This document shows, piece by piece, positions 56,501 through 64,000 of a stretch of DNA of 64,000 nt; the first letter of the stretch is position 1; every line of letters starts with the position of its first letter. The stretch spans positions 1-64,000 of the IMG/VR virus record IMGVR_UViG_3300047325_000170; one strand, given 5' to 3'. Source of the stretch: a virus. The notes below the pieces were generated by a model, which did not search any database, had not been told where the DNA came from, and was given only the letters and a program-made list of their open reading frames with translations. Position numbers and translations under genes: made by a program.

Positions 56501-58743
56501 CGCGCACCCTTCCCGTAGCTGCCGCGCTGGACGCCTTCGTCATAGCCCGCATCGCTGTCGTCAGCGTCGTCTTGGGTATCGTCATTGATCGCAGCAATCG
56601 CCCGATCAGAACCGGGCAGGCCCACCGCGCCCATCGGCAGGATCTGGCCCGAGGCGGTGACAAAGCCGGTGAGTTCTTGGTTAGCAGCCTTTTCTTTGAT
56701 TTGCTCGTTGAGGGTGCGAAGATCTCCGCGGTACTTGGGATTGCGTTCGCCCTGGTGGGGGCCAGAGATCAAATACGGAAGATCCTCCGCATGCATGTAT
56801 TTCGTCGGCTTGAGGATCGGGCCGAGAATTGGGTTGAGGAGGGCGCCCCAGGGTGAAGTGGGCTCAAAGAGCGGGGCGGAGATCGGATAGGGGCGGTCCT
56901 TGTAGTGCTTCTTCTCGTAGTGATAGCGATCAAAGAGGAAGTGCTGCGCCCAACTGAAGGGATGCGTCGGTGTGGGGAGGGCGGCATTAGCGTAGTATTC
57001 ATCAACTGAACCGAAAAGGGTGTCGGTCTTGGTGATGTCGCCAGCTAAGGCTTGACGATGAGCATTGGGAGCAAAGTACTGGATGCGCTCGCCGCGGAAC
57101 GGCGTGCTCGATCCGAAGCTCCACCAGCGGCCCTTGCGGACCGGGACATAGCCACTGTCCTGTTGCTCCTTGAGTTCCTCTTGGCTGAGGCCAACCTTCG
57201 CATCGACGAAGGGGTGGGCGATGTGAGAGAGGACACCGCCGGAGAGCTCATCGACATGCTTGAGCCACGGACTGATCCCAAGCTTGTCCTTAAGTCCCGC
57301 CCACCAGAGCTCACCCTTATCCTTGGCGAGCTGTGCTTGATCGGTCGGGCGGCGCCCCATGAGCTTGCCGAGTTCATCGTTGAGATAGCCTGCGTAGAAG
57401 ATCCCCGCCGCGATAGGCAAGGCCCGCTTGAGCATGACATTCGCAAAGTAGGCGGTCGGACCCTTAAAGGCTAGCTTCCCGAGCTTGAACTCGGTGGATG
57501 ATCCCGACATCGCAAGCCATGGGAAGAGGCCATTGTAGGCCATGCCCGTGTTGATACGCTCGAGGAGATGATAGGCGGCAAAGGTGCCGGTGTTGATCTC
57601 GGTTCCGCGGGTTGCCCCGAAGAACATGTTCTTGAGACCAGTGGGCGTGAACTCCATGGCCCGTGCCACCCCGAAGGGCAGCTGATCAGCAAGGCGTCGT
57701 GCCTCGGGAAGATCCTCGACTGCAATGTTTCCGAAGCGGGACTGCCAGAACTTCTCGCGGCCCTCTTTGCTCCAGATTGCCGCGCCGCGCTCATTGAGGC
57801 CAACGTCGAAGAAGCGTTGCGCACGAGCTCGTAAGCTGGTGTTTCCGGGATCGCGAATCGCAGCGATCTTCTCGAGCTTCTCATTGAGCGTCTCAAGGTT
57901 GAAAAGCCGCACCCCTTCTTCCTGAGAGATTCCCCGCTCTTCGCGGATAACATCTCCCCGGATCCTTGAGATGAGTTTTTGATTGCGACTAATGCGAGCA
58001 TGGATATTGCCGACATCATAGCTCTCGCCGAGGAGATCGCCACGCATGCGCTCGATGGCGTTCTTCTTCTCGCCAATCCCCGCCTTACCATAGAGCCAGT
58101 ACTTGCCTTCAATGGTATGGATCTTGCTCCACAGTAGCTGTGGAGGCGCCCCTTCGCCCGGGCTATCAAGAAGGGCTTGAACGACGTGAACCTTACCACC
58201 GACGAAGTAGGCACGGGCGTGCTCTGAGATCCCGCGCTTCTGGAGTTCTTCAGGGGTGAGGAGGCCGAGCTTGCCGATTCTCCCGAGGGCTTGGAACTGA
58301 GAGGTCGACTTGCCGGCCGTCCCATACATCTCACGGAGTTCAGGACCGAAGGCGAGCTTATCGGCGATCTGGAGCGGCAGGAAGGTCTGAGACGCTTTCT
58401 GCCACGCGGTCATCAGCGGCGAGCGGCTAATGAACATCCCCAGGGCATGGATGCTATTGGCTTCAGGGGCCTTGCCCTGCAGGTGGTTGTAAAGGAGATT
58501 GGTTTCGATGGTCCGCCGCTGCATGGCACGCAGGGCAGTCGTTTGCTTCATCCAGCCAGGTGGCGTGAAGGCGAGGCCGCCCTGTTGGAAGGCGACCTGC
58601 ATCTCCGCAGCAAGGGTCTTATCAGCCCACGGCTTGAGGCCCTTGCCCAACGCAAAAAGACCGCCGACAGTAGCTGCTCCGGTGAGGAGCGAACGGCGGC
58701 GGTCGTCTTCGCTGTTGGGGGGGTTGTAGCCGTACTCAGCCAC
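53557..58743 (-). CDS. Tape-measure-like protein with embedded Cas4-like PD-(D/E)XK and SNase-like domains
   Basis: 1728 aa immediately after the tail chaperones. Several Gly/Ala hydrophobic helices. GISGTVDFV...IEIHT...EQLNLDM and IDKMIDNNTF...IRLAGV...LNREAI segments. Confidence 0.65.
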   Translation of the reverse strand: MAEYGYNPPNSEDDRRRSLLTGAATVGGLFALGKGLKPWADKTLAAEMQVAFQQGGLAFTPPGWMKQTTALRAMQRRTIETNLLYNHLQGKAPEANSIHALGMFISRSPLMTAWQKASQTFLPLQIADKLAFGPELREMYGTAGKSTSQFQALGRIGKLGLLTPEELQKRGISEHARAYFVGGKVHVVQALLDSPGEGAPPQLLWSKIHTIEGKYWLYGKAGIGEKKNAIERMRGDLLGESYDVGNIHARISRNQKLISRIRGDVIREERGISQEEGVRLFNLETLNEKLEKIAAIRDPGNTSLRARAQRFFDVGLNERGAAIWSKEGREKFWQSRFGNIAVEDLPEARRLADQLPFGVARAMEFTPTGLKNMFFGATRGTEINTGTFAAYHLLERINTGMAYNGLFPWLAMSGSSTEFKLGKLAFKGPTAYFANVMLKRALPIAAGIFYAGYLNDELGKLMGRRPTDQAQLAKDKGELWWAGLKDKLGISPWLKHVDELSGGVLSHIAHPFVDAKVGLSQEELKEQQDSGYVPVRKGRWWSFGSSTPFRGERIQYFAPNAHRQALAGDITKTDTLFGSVDEYYANAALPTPTHPFSWAQHFLFDRYHYEKKHYKDRPYPISAPLFEPTSPWGALLNPILGPILKPTKYMHAEDLPYLISGPHQGERNPKYRGDLRTLNEQIKEKAANQELTGFVTASGQILPMGAVGLPGSDRAIAAINDDTQDDADDSDAGYDEGVQRGSYGKGARAIAPYGSAKAKTRQKIRESNEKLKAAQRFTPGRMLEGTQAPGLFKSQDPNDPRSLKRLINPNDPRYQAGLGYYSLTEIGGIYGFAAASTVDYPYSNLPTLQSAGRMTSFERQYWDNWNTGGMLPTPGLSEAFRRFLPHRYHSNTEYNPIRNTMPTWLPGQGGEDPAYFLDFLHGDPYVTIPNGEARLPGAAYEKLHGIPAMDLKLRSTQIGYSRDGLYGLLTGDHEPFYAYSQEIAERGGELHEKIKHELLGESPGGKRDVSYDDKKLGISGTVDFVTKDGNPIEIHTLSQKRYRELHDTIDARHREQLNLDMAELGAKQGGIVYVNRDNPNEQRSAQLTFDQDLYDKTIAKVDDVRKQIAKETKEGLWSQGQFYDDVTKLEILGDVAPWSSQYRRYRDYLVHLPEGVLSDEDRARIKTVKEQVTQRKHRVTMAPYHLRYAQLDYETVHIDKMIDNNTFTTLEHPDNPIRLAGVHVRSDADATTWLSQNLGPGRTVKIGYAHDQAQRVSKDTLNTIHAVVFSHGRMLNREAIDQDYGSETQDSSPAGMHAQYTSNEIAWAGALERIGHLPITLLHNKYMALDSPIELYKRTQVYGKDWQDWKHPFRDYIFPSFESAAAQGIAGMAVAGAIGYFLGVGPLYGGKLIERLPNTKFGFKLGKIQLKSRAILMGASMAIAGALAFSHKVSQDPIPEYRKKERETKEYFDILKYMKYEGLYEKTRAYVLKHEHKDIGAIIDRYEREGDDRKHRISQLRQEKRRIIIKGDKKKQAKRLHEINQEISELQSYRKELKLTRDDILAIQYRQVAQTTLYGAKPGSDLQKVLLSLDPKEREFFQAFLKAPGPERKEILKMVPKNERRFLQAAYGLKVDEKPELIEYFKHHYLPPADWNGWQAENSLDDYRLVVTKQEGLDMTSQGFWPQDEERVSELGIKDIRPFRETPGNIKANLHRVLDGMGLRDIDIQLYPNNAQQHQVNMQIQQAA

Positions 58744-58755
58744 GTAGGAAGTCCT

Positions 58756-59502
58756 TTACGATCTGTTCTGTTTGAGACTTGCCATCAGTTGCTGACGACG
58801 TTGTGCTTTCTCGAACTTTGGTAGGACTTCACTGAGCGGCTTGAGGGCTGCTCGATCTGCGCCGTCGATGACCCCGAGGGTTGATCCACTCTCGTCGGCG
58901 ACCTGTTGATTCTTGTTGAGGCGCTCTTGAAGTTCGGCCATGCGTTCTTTGTTATTGAGGCCACGCGGTGGCTTGATTGGTTTCTCTTCTTCTTTCTTAC
59001 TCTGCTGGATCTTCAGCCCCGGCGTCGTCGCTTCAAGGATCCAACAAGCCCGTGCATAGGCATCGAAGAGTTGATCGTGACTCCAATCACTGTAGCGGGC
59101 GAAAAGCCCCCCGCCATCAAAGGCATAGTCGATCATCGTCTCCATCTGAGCTTCAAAGTCTTCAACGATACGCCCCTGGTAGAAGCCGAGGCGTCCTTCC
59201 ATATCGATGATGCCGGAAGAATTGAGGACCTGAGCGCAGATAGCATCCGGTACACCGGCCGGTCCATCTTGGACTGCGGGGGCATCTGCCTTCCATCCCT
59301 CGGGCCAGAGGAGCGTTGTCTCGCAGACTTCTTCGGCGCGTTCGAGCTCGTCTTCGATATGAATAATAGCTCGGTACTCACGCCGCGAGAGTCGCCGGTA
59401 GATGTAGATCTGCTCGACGTGCTGGAATAAGAAAATAGCCCCGTAGTCAGCAATCCAACTACGGAAGCGTTCCTCCGGCGGCGCTTGCGGCGCTGCCTCC
59501 AC
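58756..59502 (-). CDS. Tail assembly chaperone 2
   Basis: YIYRRLSRREY...TLLWP...AGVPDAI...VLNSSG; paralogous to the upstream gene and located between the tubes and the tape measure. Confidence 0.7.
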   Translation of the reverse strand: MEAAPQAPPEERFRSWIADYGAIFLFQHVEQIYIYRRLSRREYRAIIHIEDELERAEEVCETTLLWPEGWKADAPAVQDGPAGVPDAICAQVLNSSGIIDMEGRLGFYQGRIVEDFEAQMETMIDYAFDGGGLFARYSDWSHDQLFDAYARACWILEATTPGLKIQQSKKEEEKPIKPPRGLNNKERMAELQERLNKNQQVADESGSTLGVIDGADRAALKPLSEVLPKFEKAQRRQQLMASLKQNRS

Positions 59503-59505
59503 TCC

Positions 59506-59982
59506 TTAGAGCTGAATGCTCTCCGCGACGGGTTGGAAAGCGGAGTAGGCATAGAACTCTTGCATCACGACTTGGACAGCACCGGCCGGCATGTTCTGCA
59601 ACACGGTGCGGTCCGAGCAATCCGGGAAGAGACAGATCTTCGTGAAGAGGGTATCTTCGCGTTGATCGGGATCTTCGATAGCGGAAATAAGCTTCTGAAC
59701 GGCCTTCCACTCAAGGCGCGTCATCGTGCGATAGACACATCCACTGCCATCGGCGAAGAGCACGCAGAGCACCTTGCTGTGAGGATACTTAAGCTTGATT
59801 TCCTCGACCTGAGAGCGCGTGGGGCCGCCTTCATAGAGAGGCTCATCCTGACCGAGCGTCTCAAGGACGCTGGCGGTCTTCGGTGGCTCTTCGGCAACGA
59901 CGGGGGCAACGACGGGGAATTCTTCAGCGAAGGGAATTGCATCGAGGGCAGCTTGCTGTTCGGCGGTTAACTCTTCAGACAA
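59506..59982 (-). CDS. Tail assembly chaperone 1
   Basis: VYRTMTRLEWK...ICLFP...MPAGAV...YSAF; synteny. Confidence 0.7.
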   Translation of the reverse strand: MSEELTAEQQAALDAIPFAEEFPVVAPVVAEEPPKTASVLETLGQDEPLYEGGPTRSQVEEIKLKYPHSKVLCVLFADGSGCVYRTMTRLEWKAVQKLISAIEDPDQREDTLFTKICLFPDCSDRTVLQNMPAGAVQVVMQEFYAYSAFQPVAESIQL

Positions 59983-60012
59983 AACACATCAAACCCTTGG
60001 GAGATCGTGCAC

Positions 60013-60714
60013 TTACAAGCTTACGATAGAGCGATTGGGCGCATTGATATCAGTAGCGATGAACTGGAACATCTCTTGGATGTTTTCACCAGAGAGGTCG
60101 ATGCGTTGGCCGACCGACATCAGGCTGACTCCCTCAATCGTACGGACGCGTCCGCTATTACGAGCAGTGATGTCAATACTGTCGATATCTCCGTAGACGA
60201 GCAAGATCTGAAAGTTCGTATTAGTGAAGTAAGGAACACGCGAGAGATCGGTTTGCCCTTGGTTGATGATCGTCTCGAGATTGCCCCAGTTGATGTTCTT
60301 TTGATTCTGGATCCACTGTTGATAGCCGGTCGGGTCCGTCTGGGGGTCCGGCATCGCCGTTGGGGCATAGGGATTCGGTTGAAGGGTCTGCGAGGCGAGC
60401 GGCGCCGCTTCTTGGTCATTGATGCTATTGACCAACTCATGGAGGTAATCGCCCGGCCGCAGGTTGATACAGAAAGACCCCTGGACGATACGCGTCCCTG
60501 GGATAATCCTATTAGCAGTATAGGATGCGTAGGAATAGATTGGGTATTGGTTTTCGGTCAACGCGCATTGAAACTCACAGATTTCGTCGATGTAATTGCC
60601 AGCCAAGAAGAGCGAGACGTCAACCCCGGAGAAGTATTCAACAGGATAGACTTCGTTGTAGGCCGGTGTGTAGGGGTTGACCTGCGCCCCGCGGTAGGGA
60701 GTGATGAAGGACAT
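60013..60714 (-). CDS. Tail tube-like protein 3
   Basis: YFSGVDV...PIYSYAS...GTRIVQGSFCIN...FQILLVYG...IEGV...FIATDI; divergent paralogue of the tube. Confidence 0.75.
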   Translation of the reverse strand: MSFITPYRGAQVNPYTPAYNEVYPVEYFSGVDVSLFLAGNYIDEICEFQCALTENQYPIYSYASYTANRIIPGTRIVQGSFCINLRPGDYLHELVNSINDQEAAPLASQTLQPNPYAPTAMPDPQTDPTGYQQWIQNQKNINWGNLETIINQGQTDLSRVPYFTNTNFQILLVYGDIDSIDITARNSGRVRTIEGVSLMSVGQRIDLSGENIQEMFQFIATDINAPNRSIVSL

Positions 60715-61364
60715 TAGGCGATGACGGCCCCGGAACTAACCACCGTCGGATAGGCTGGTTGGAGGGGAACGTAGTCGAGAGCGATGTAGGACATCTGCTC
60801 CTCAAGGATCAGGTCATCGATACCGGCAGTTATGCCATTCGTGACAATCTCAACGCCGATGATCTTCGCGAGCGATGACTGCCCATACTCATTGACCATG
60901 GTGATTGTGATATCGAAAGGGGGAACTTCGTCCGCCTGCATGCGGGCAATGACTGCGGGAAGGTTTCCCGTTGCCGTCGAGTAGTTCGTATTGACCTGTT
61001 GGTAGTAGCTCGAAACCGCGTTCTCGACGGCGTAGAGGCTCTCTCGGTCAAACATCGTAAAGATCAGAGATCCCGCAATGGTCCGGCAGCCACGGGTGAA
61101 GCCTCGGGGGTTGATGGACTTTAAGGCGCGGACCGGCACCTTGTCACGGTGGGTCGAAATCGAGACCGTCTGGAGGGTCGCAATCGTGATCGGAGCGGTG
61201 ATCAGGGGCGAGGGGTTAAAACCCACCCCCGGCTGATACTGGTCATTGGTCAGCATCGGGACCGTAATCGAACAGACGATGTCGCAGCCGGCGTAGCTCG
61301 AGAAGAGCGACGTCATGTAGGCGTTGGGGCCAGTCGGGAGCATGGCGGGCAGGTAGCTAGACAA
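60714..61364 (-). CDS. Tail tube-like protein 2
   Basis: SYAGCDI...LQTVSISTHRDKVPV...GFTRGCRTIAGSLIF...VPPFDITITMVNEYG. Confidence 0.8.
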   Translation of the reverse strand: MSSYLPAMLPTGPNAYMTSLFSSYAGCDIVCSITVPMLTNDQYQPGVGFNPSPLITAPITIATLQTVSISTHRDKVPVRALKSINPRGFTRGCRTIAGSLIFTMFDRESLYAVENAVSSYYQQVNTNYSTATGNLPAVIARMQADEVPPFDITITMVNEYGQSSLAKIIGVEIVTNGITAGIDDLILEEQMSYIALDYVPLQPAYPTVVSSGAVIA

Positions 61365-61400
61365 GGCTCATCCTAGAGGTGGAGCTAAACTACGCTAGCC

Positions 61401-61434
61401 AAAACAAAGAAGGGAGAGCCGAAGCTCTCCCTTC
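61401..61434 (-). terminator. Rho-independent terminator after the major tube gene
   Basis: Minus strand GAAGGGAGAGC-TTCG-GCTCTCCCTTC-TTTGTTTT: 11-bp stem, cUUCGg tetraloop, U-tract. Confidence 0.9.
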
Positions 61435-61465
61435 CAGAGTATCACAAAAGCGGGGTCTTTGCCAG

Positions 61466-62236
61466 TTAGGACGTTTTGCCGGTCTGGCCGTTCGGGGTAA
61501 CCGAGGACTGGCTGATGGGCGAGCTGGTGTTGGCGATACCGCTCGTGTAGAAGCCAGGGCGCAGACGCTGTGCCTTACGGGCGATGAAGGTGCAGGCACG
61601 CTCGAGGTTGATGTCGTCGATGGAGACGCCGGTTCCCTCGTTGAGGATTTCGACGTCTTGGATGATCATGTTCGCGGCGTTGCCATATTCGTTCGCGAAG
61701 GTGATCGTGATGTCGAAGGGTGGGACCTGATCTTCGTAGGTCCAGAACTCACCAGGCTGGTCGCCGTGGAGTTGGACGAAGGGCGTGCTGTTCGCGGCAA
61801 CCTGGGCGGCGTTGGCAGCATTGAACTGCACGACCGTCGAGAGGTTGTTGAGTGTCGAGTTAAGCGGGAGACCGTTGTAGACACCGGCTTGGTTGACCAG
61901 GTTCGTTGGCTGGGCGTTGACCTGGATCACACCCTGATTGCCGGCTGCCGTGTACTGTGGGATCGTGCCGAATTGAGCAGCTGCCTGCTCCATTTCGACG
62001 AGAAGCGCGTCGCGGTCAAACATGACGAAGACGAGATTCCCGGCGATGCCACGCTTACCGCGGCTGAAGGAGAGCGGGTCGGGGTCCCCGAGGACATAGA
62101 TGGGACCCTTCTCACGCTGAATGTTAATCGTGATCGCCTGGAGCTCTCCGATGACCTGCCCGTTGAAGGTGGCAATGGCGTCCGCACCCGAAAAGCTGGT
62201 GTAGGTGCCGTCAGTGCCCAGATTGAAATTTGCCAA
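61466..62236 (-). CDS. Major tail tube protein
   Basis: Follows the sheath gene. YTSFSGAD...GELQAI...REKGPIYVLG...FSRGKRGIAG...VPPFDITITFANEYG. GAGGT RBS and its own terminator. Confidence 0.85.
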   Translation of the reverse strand: MANFNLGTDGTYTSFSGADAIATFNGQVIGELQAITINIQREKGPIYVLGDPDPLSFSRGKRGIAGNLVFVMFDRDALLVEMEQAAAQFGTIPQYTAAGNQGVIQVNAQPTNLVNQAGVYNGLPLNSTLNNLSTVVQFNAANAAQVAANSTPFVQLHGDQPGEFWTYEDQVPPFDITITFANEYGNAANMIIQDVEILNEGTGVSIDDINLERACTFIARKAQRLRPGFYTSGIANTSSPISQSSVTPNGQTGKTS

Positions 62237-62289
62237 GAGTCATACCTCTAGATAGAGCTACCTGAGCTCCAGGTTCTAGCACTAACCTA

Positions 62290-63969
62290 TTAGGTTACTC
62301 CACCTTGTTGGCTGCTGCTGCCGGACTGGGTGATCGCTCCCGGTGCAGTGAGCGAGATCGTGACGTAGATCTTCCGGATCTGCAGAGCGGGAACGAGCTG
62401 CAGGTTGATCTGGAAGGTACCGGCGATCTGGTTCGCTGCCGTAGCGTTGATGTTCCAGGTGTAGTCAAGCAGGGCACCTGAGCTCTTGAGAGCCGCGAGT
62501 GCGGAGTTGACGGCGGTACCCATGGCGTTAATCGTAGCGGGGTTGGCTGCTCCGCCGATGAAGCCGGCGCAAGCCTGACGGACCGCTTCCATCGAGGCGT
62601 AGGTGATACGCAGCGTGGAGAGCTTGGCGAAGTCTCCACCAGAGACTTCGTAGGTCTGGTCAGCAACCGTGCGGACCGATCCCTGCTGGGTGTTGAAGAC
62701 CACGAAGCCCGGACCGGAACCGACGAGGGTGTTGATGACCGAGGCTCCGTAGTTGTAGGAGAGGCCGACAACCGAAGAGAGGGTCTTGTTCGTCATACCG
62801 ATTTGCGGCTGGATGGTCGTCGACTTTCCAGCGTAGGTTGCGGCGCCGTCCATGACGTAGTTGCCAAGGCGCTGGTTGTTGAGGATCGGGTCGGGACCGA
62901 CGCAGATGTTGAGCAAGTACCCGATGTTCAGAGCCGCACCCGCCGTGGTCAAGACCTCAGCGTTTGAGACCGCCGGGCTGTTCGTGTTGTAGCCCGAGAG
63001 GTAGTTGAAGTTGTACTTTGTTAACGCCAACTGATTGCCGCGACGAACCGCGTTCGTGAAGGTCGGCACCGAGAGGGGAGCAACTGAGATCACACCGTAG
63101 CAGGACTGGGTATCGACCGAGACGCGCGCACAGAACTGCGCGAGATTCTGACCGAACCAGACCGTATCGCCGCTGTTTGCATTGGCGATGGTTGGGTTGC
63201 CGGAGGCATCGAGCGCGTAGGTGGGCTGCAGGTAAGCACCCAGGGGGCAGACGACGTCCACGCCGTAGGTCTCGAGCTGCATGTAGGCCGCAACGAGCGC
63301 GTCATTGTACTGCGCATCGGTGAGGTTGGTGCCGTCGTTACCACCGCTGAAGTTGGTCGGGCCAGAGTTCACAACGTTGATCGTGGCGAGGGGGTTCCCT
63401 GACGTGCTCGCCTGCGTTGCGACAACGTTGATCGTCGAGAAGTTAACCGCGTTCATCAGGTCGCCCCAGATGCCGCCCACCGGGATCGGGAAGGCGTGCG
63501 CGACGCCATCGAGGGTCGTGATGGTCAGAGATCCAGCGCCTGTGCCGGGAGCAACAACCGTTGCCGTCAGGCCATTGTACTTCACGCCGGGGTAGTTCGC
63601 GGTGAGGGTCACGCTATTCGCGGGGGTGACCGTGTCGGTGATAACAACTGAAGAACCCGTGCCCGAAACGCGCACGAGGTTGATGTTGGTGCAGCCAGCT
63701 TGGAAGGCTTCGTAGACGCCGCGAGTGAGCGACTTCGCCAGAATCGGCGCAGCCGTAATCGACGGCGCTGCCGTGGTGATCCCGAAGATCTGCTCGGCTT
63801 GAGCAATCGAGGTGATCTGGATCGGCGTGTAAAGGGGGCCGTCCGTCGCCACACCAAGCAGCAAGACTGCGTCGGTGAGATTCTGCGGCGGTTGTGCAAC
63901 CTTGAGGCCGAAGTCCTGAATCTGGGCTACAAAGCCTGGAGTATTCGGGTAGATGTCGGAGATTGGCAA
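62290..63969 (-). CDS. Contractile tail sheath protein
   Basis: YPNTPG...LLLGVATDGPLYTP...AEQIFG...NLVRV, FSGGNDG and C-terminal INLQLVPALQIRKIYVTI. Start moved to TTG 63969 after an AAGGAG RBS. Confidence 0.9.
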   Translation of the reverse strand: MPISDIYPNTPGFVAQIQDFGLKVAQPPQNLTDAVLLLGVATDGPLYTPIQITSIAQAEQIFGITTAAPSITAAPILAKSLTRGVYEAFQAGCTNINLVRVSGTGSSVVITDTVTPANSVTLTANYPGVKYNGLTATVVAPGTGAGSLTITTLDGVAHAFPIPVGGIWGDLMNAVNFSTINVVATQASTSGNPLATINVVNSGPTNFSGGNDGTNLTDAQYNDALVAAYMQLETYGVDVVCPLGAYLQPTYALDASGNPTIANANSGDTVWFGQNLAQFCARVSVDTQSCYGVISVAPLSVPTFTNAVRRGNQLALTKYNFNYLSGYNTNSPAVSNAEVLTTAGAALNIGYLLNICVGPDPILNNQRLGNYVMDGAATYAGKSTTIQPQIGMTNKTLSSVVGLSYNYGASVINTLVGSGPGFVVFNTQQGSVRTVADQTYEVSGGDFAKLSTLRITYASMEAVRQACAGFIGGAANPATINAMGTAVNSALAALKSSGALLDYTWNINATAANQIAGTFQINLQLVPALQIRKIYVTISLTAPGAITQSGSSSQQGGVT

Positions 63970-64000
63970 GTCACTCTCTCCTTGAGAGGAGATCAACAAA

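Noticed and set aside
41099-58743. Inteins or introns explaining the giant ORF sizes
   Set aside because: No C/S...HN-C/S/T splice junctions or LAGLIDADG/HNH motifs were recognised, and the frames are uninterrupted.
98-63595. Numerous plus-strand ORFs of 60-355 aa in the ORF track
   Set aside because: Nearly all are antisense shadows of long minus-strand genes in high-GC DNA, with no recognisable motifs or RBS.
37045-63969. Interpretation as an extracellular contractile injection system or tailocin
   Set aside because: The contiguous co-oriented primase, helicase, recombinase, lysis and RNAP-like genes indicate a phage genome. Head genes probably lie outside the window.
1-64000. Alternative genetic code (stop-codon reassignment)
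   Set aside because: Genes of up to 2231 codons are intact under code 11, and TAA, TAG and TGA all terminate genes at tight junctions.

Overview
This is a 64-kb segment of a large contractile-tailed (myovirus-like) bacteriophage genome or prophage. GC is high (roughly 60% by eye), and every supportable gene lies on the minus strand, many of them translationally coupled. In transcription order (right to left) it holds: tail sheath, three tail-tube paralogues, two paralogous tail-assembly chaperones, three giant proteins (1728, 1912 and 2231 aa), cell-wall hydrolases (M15-type peptidase, SLT), baseplate genes (gp25-like, J-like), about 27 kb of Ser/Thr-rich fibre and baseplate proteins with Ig/FN3/PA14 domains, a lysis cassette enclosing two glycosyltransferase genes, a replication module (Rad52-like, AEP primase, DnaB-like helicase), a run of tiny Lys-rich proteins and a partial PD-(D/E)XK-fold gene. 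The main finding is the 1912-aa protein at the tape-measure locus. It carries a colinear series of RNA polymerase beta' motifs (SLATQIKGKKG...DFSGK, HRDP, YGDSDGD), so it is a candidate single-chain, virion-delivered two-barrel RNA polymerase. It is coupled to a tape-measure-like protein carrying degenerate Cas4-like and staphylococcal-nuclease-like domains. No capsid, terminase, integrase, tRNA, rRNA or CRISPR array was seen. All family assignments are by-eye motif recognition; no searches were run.
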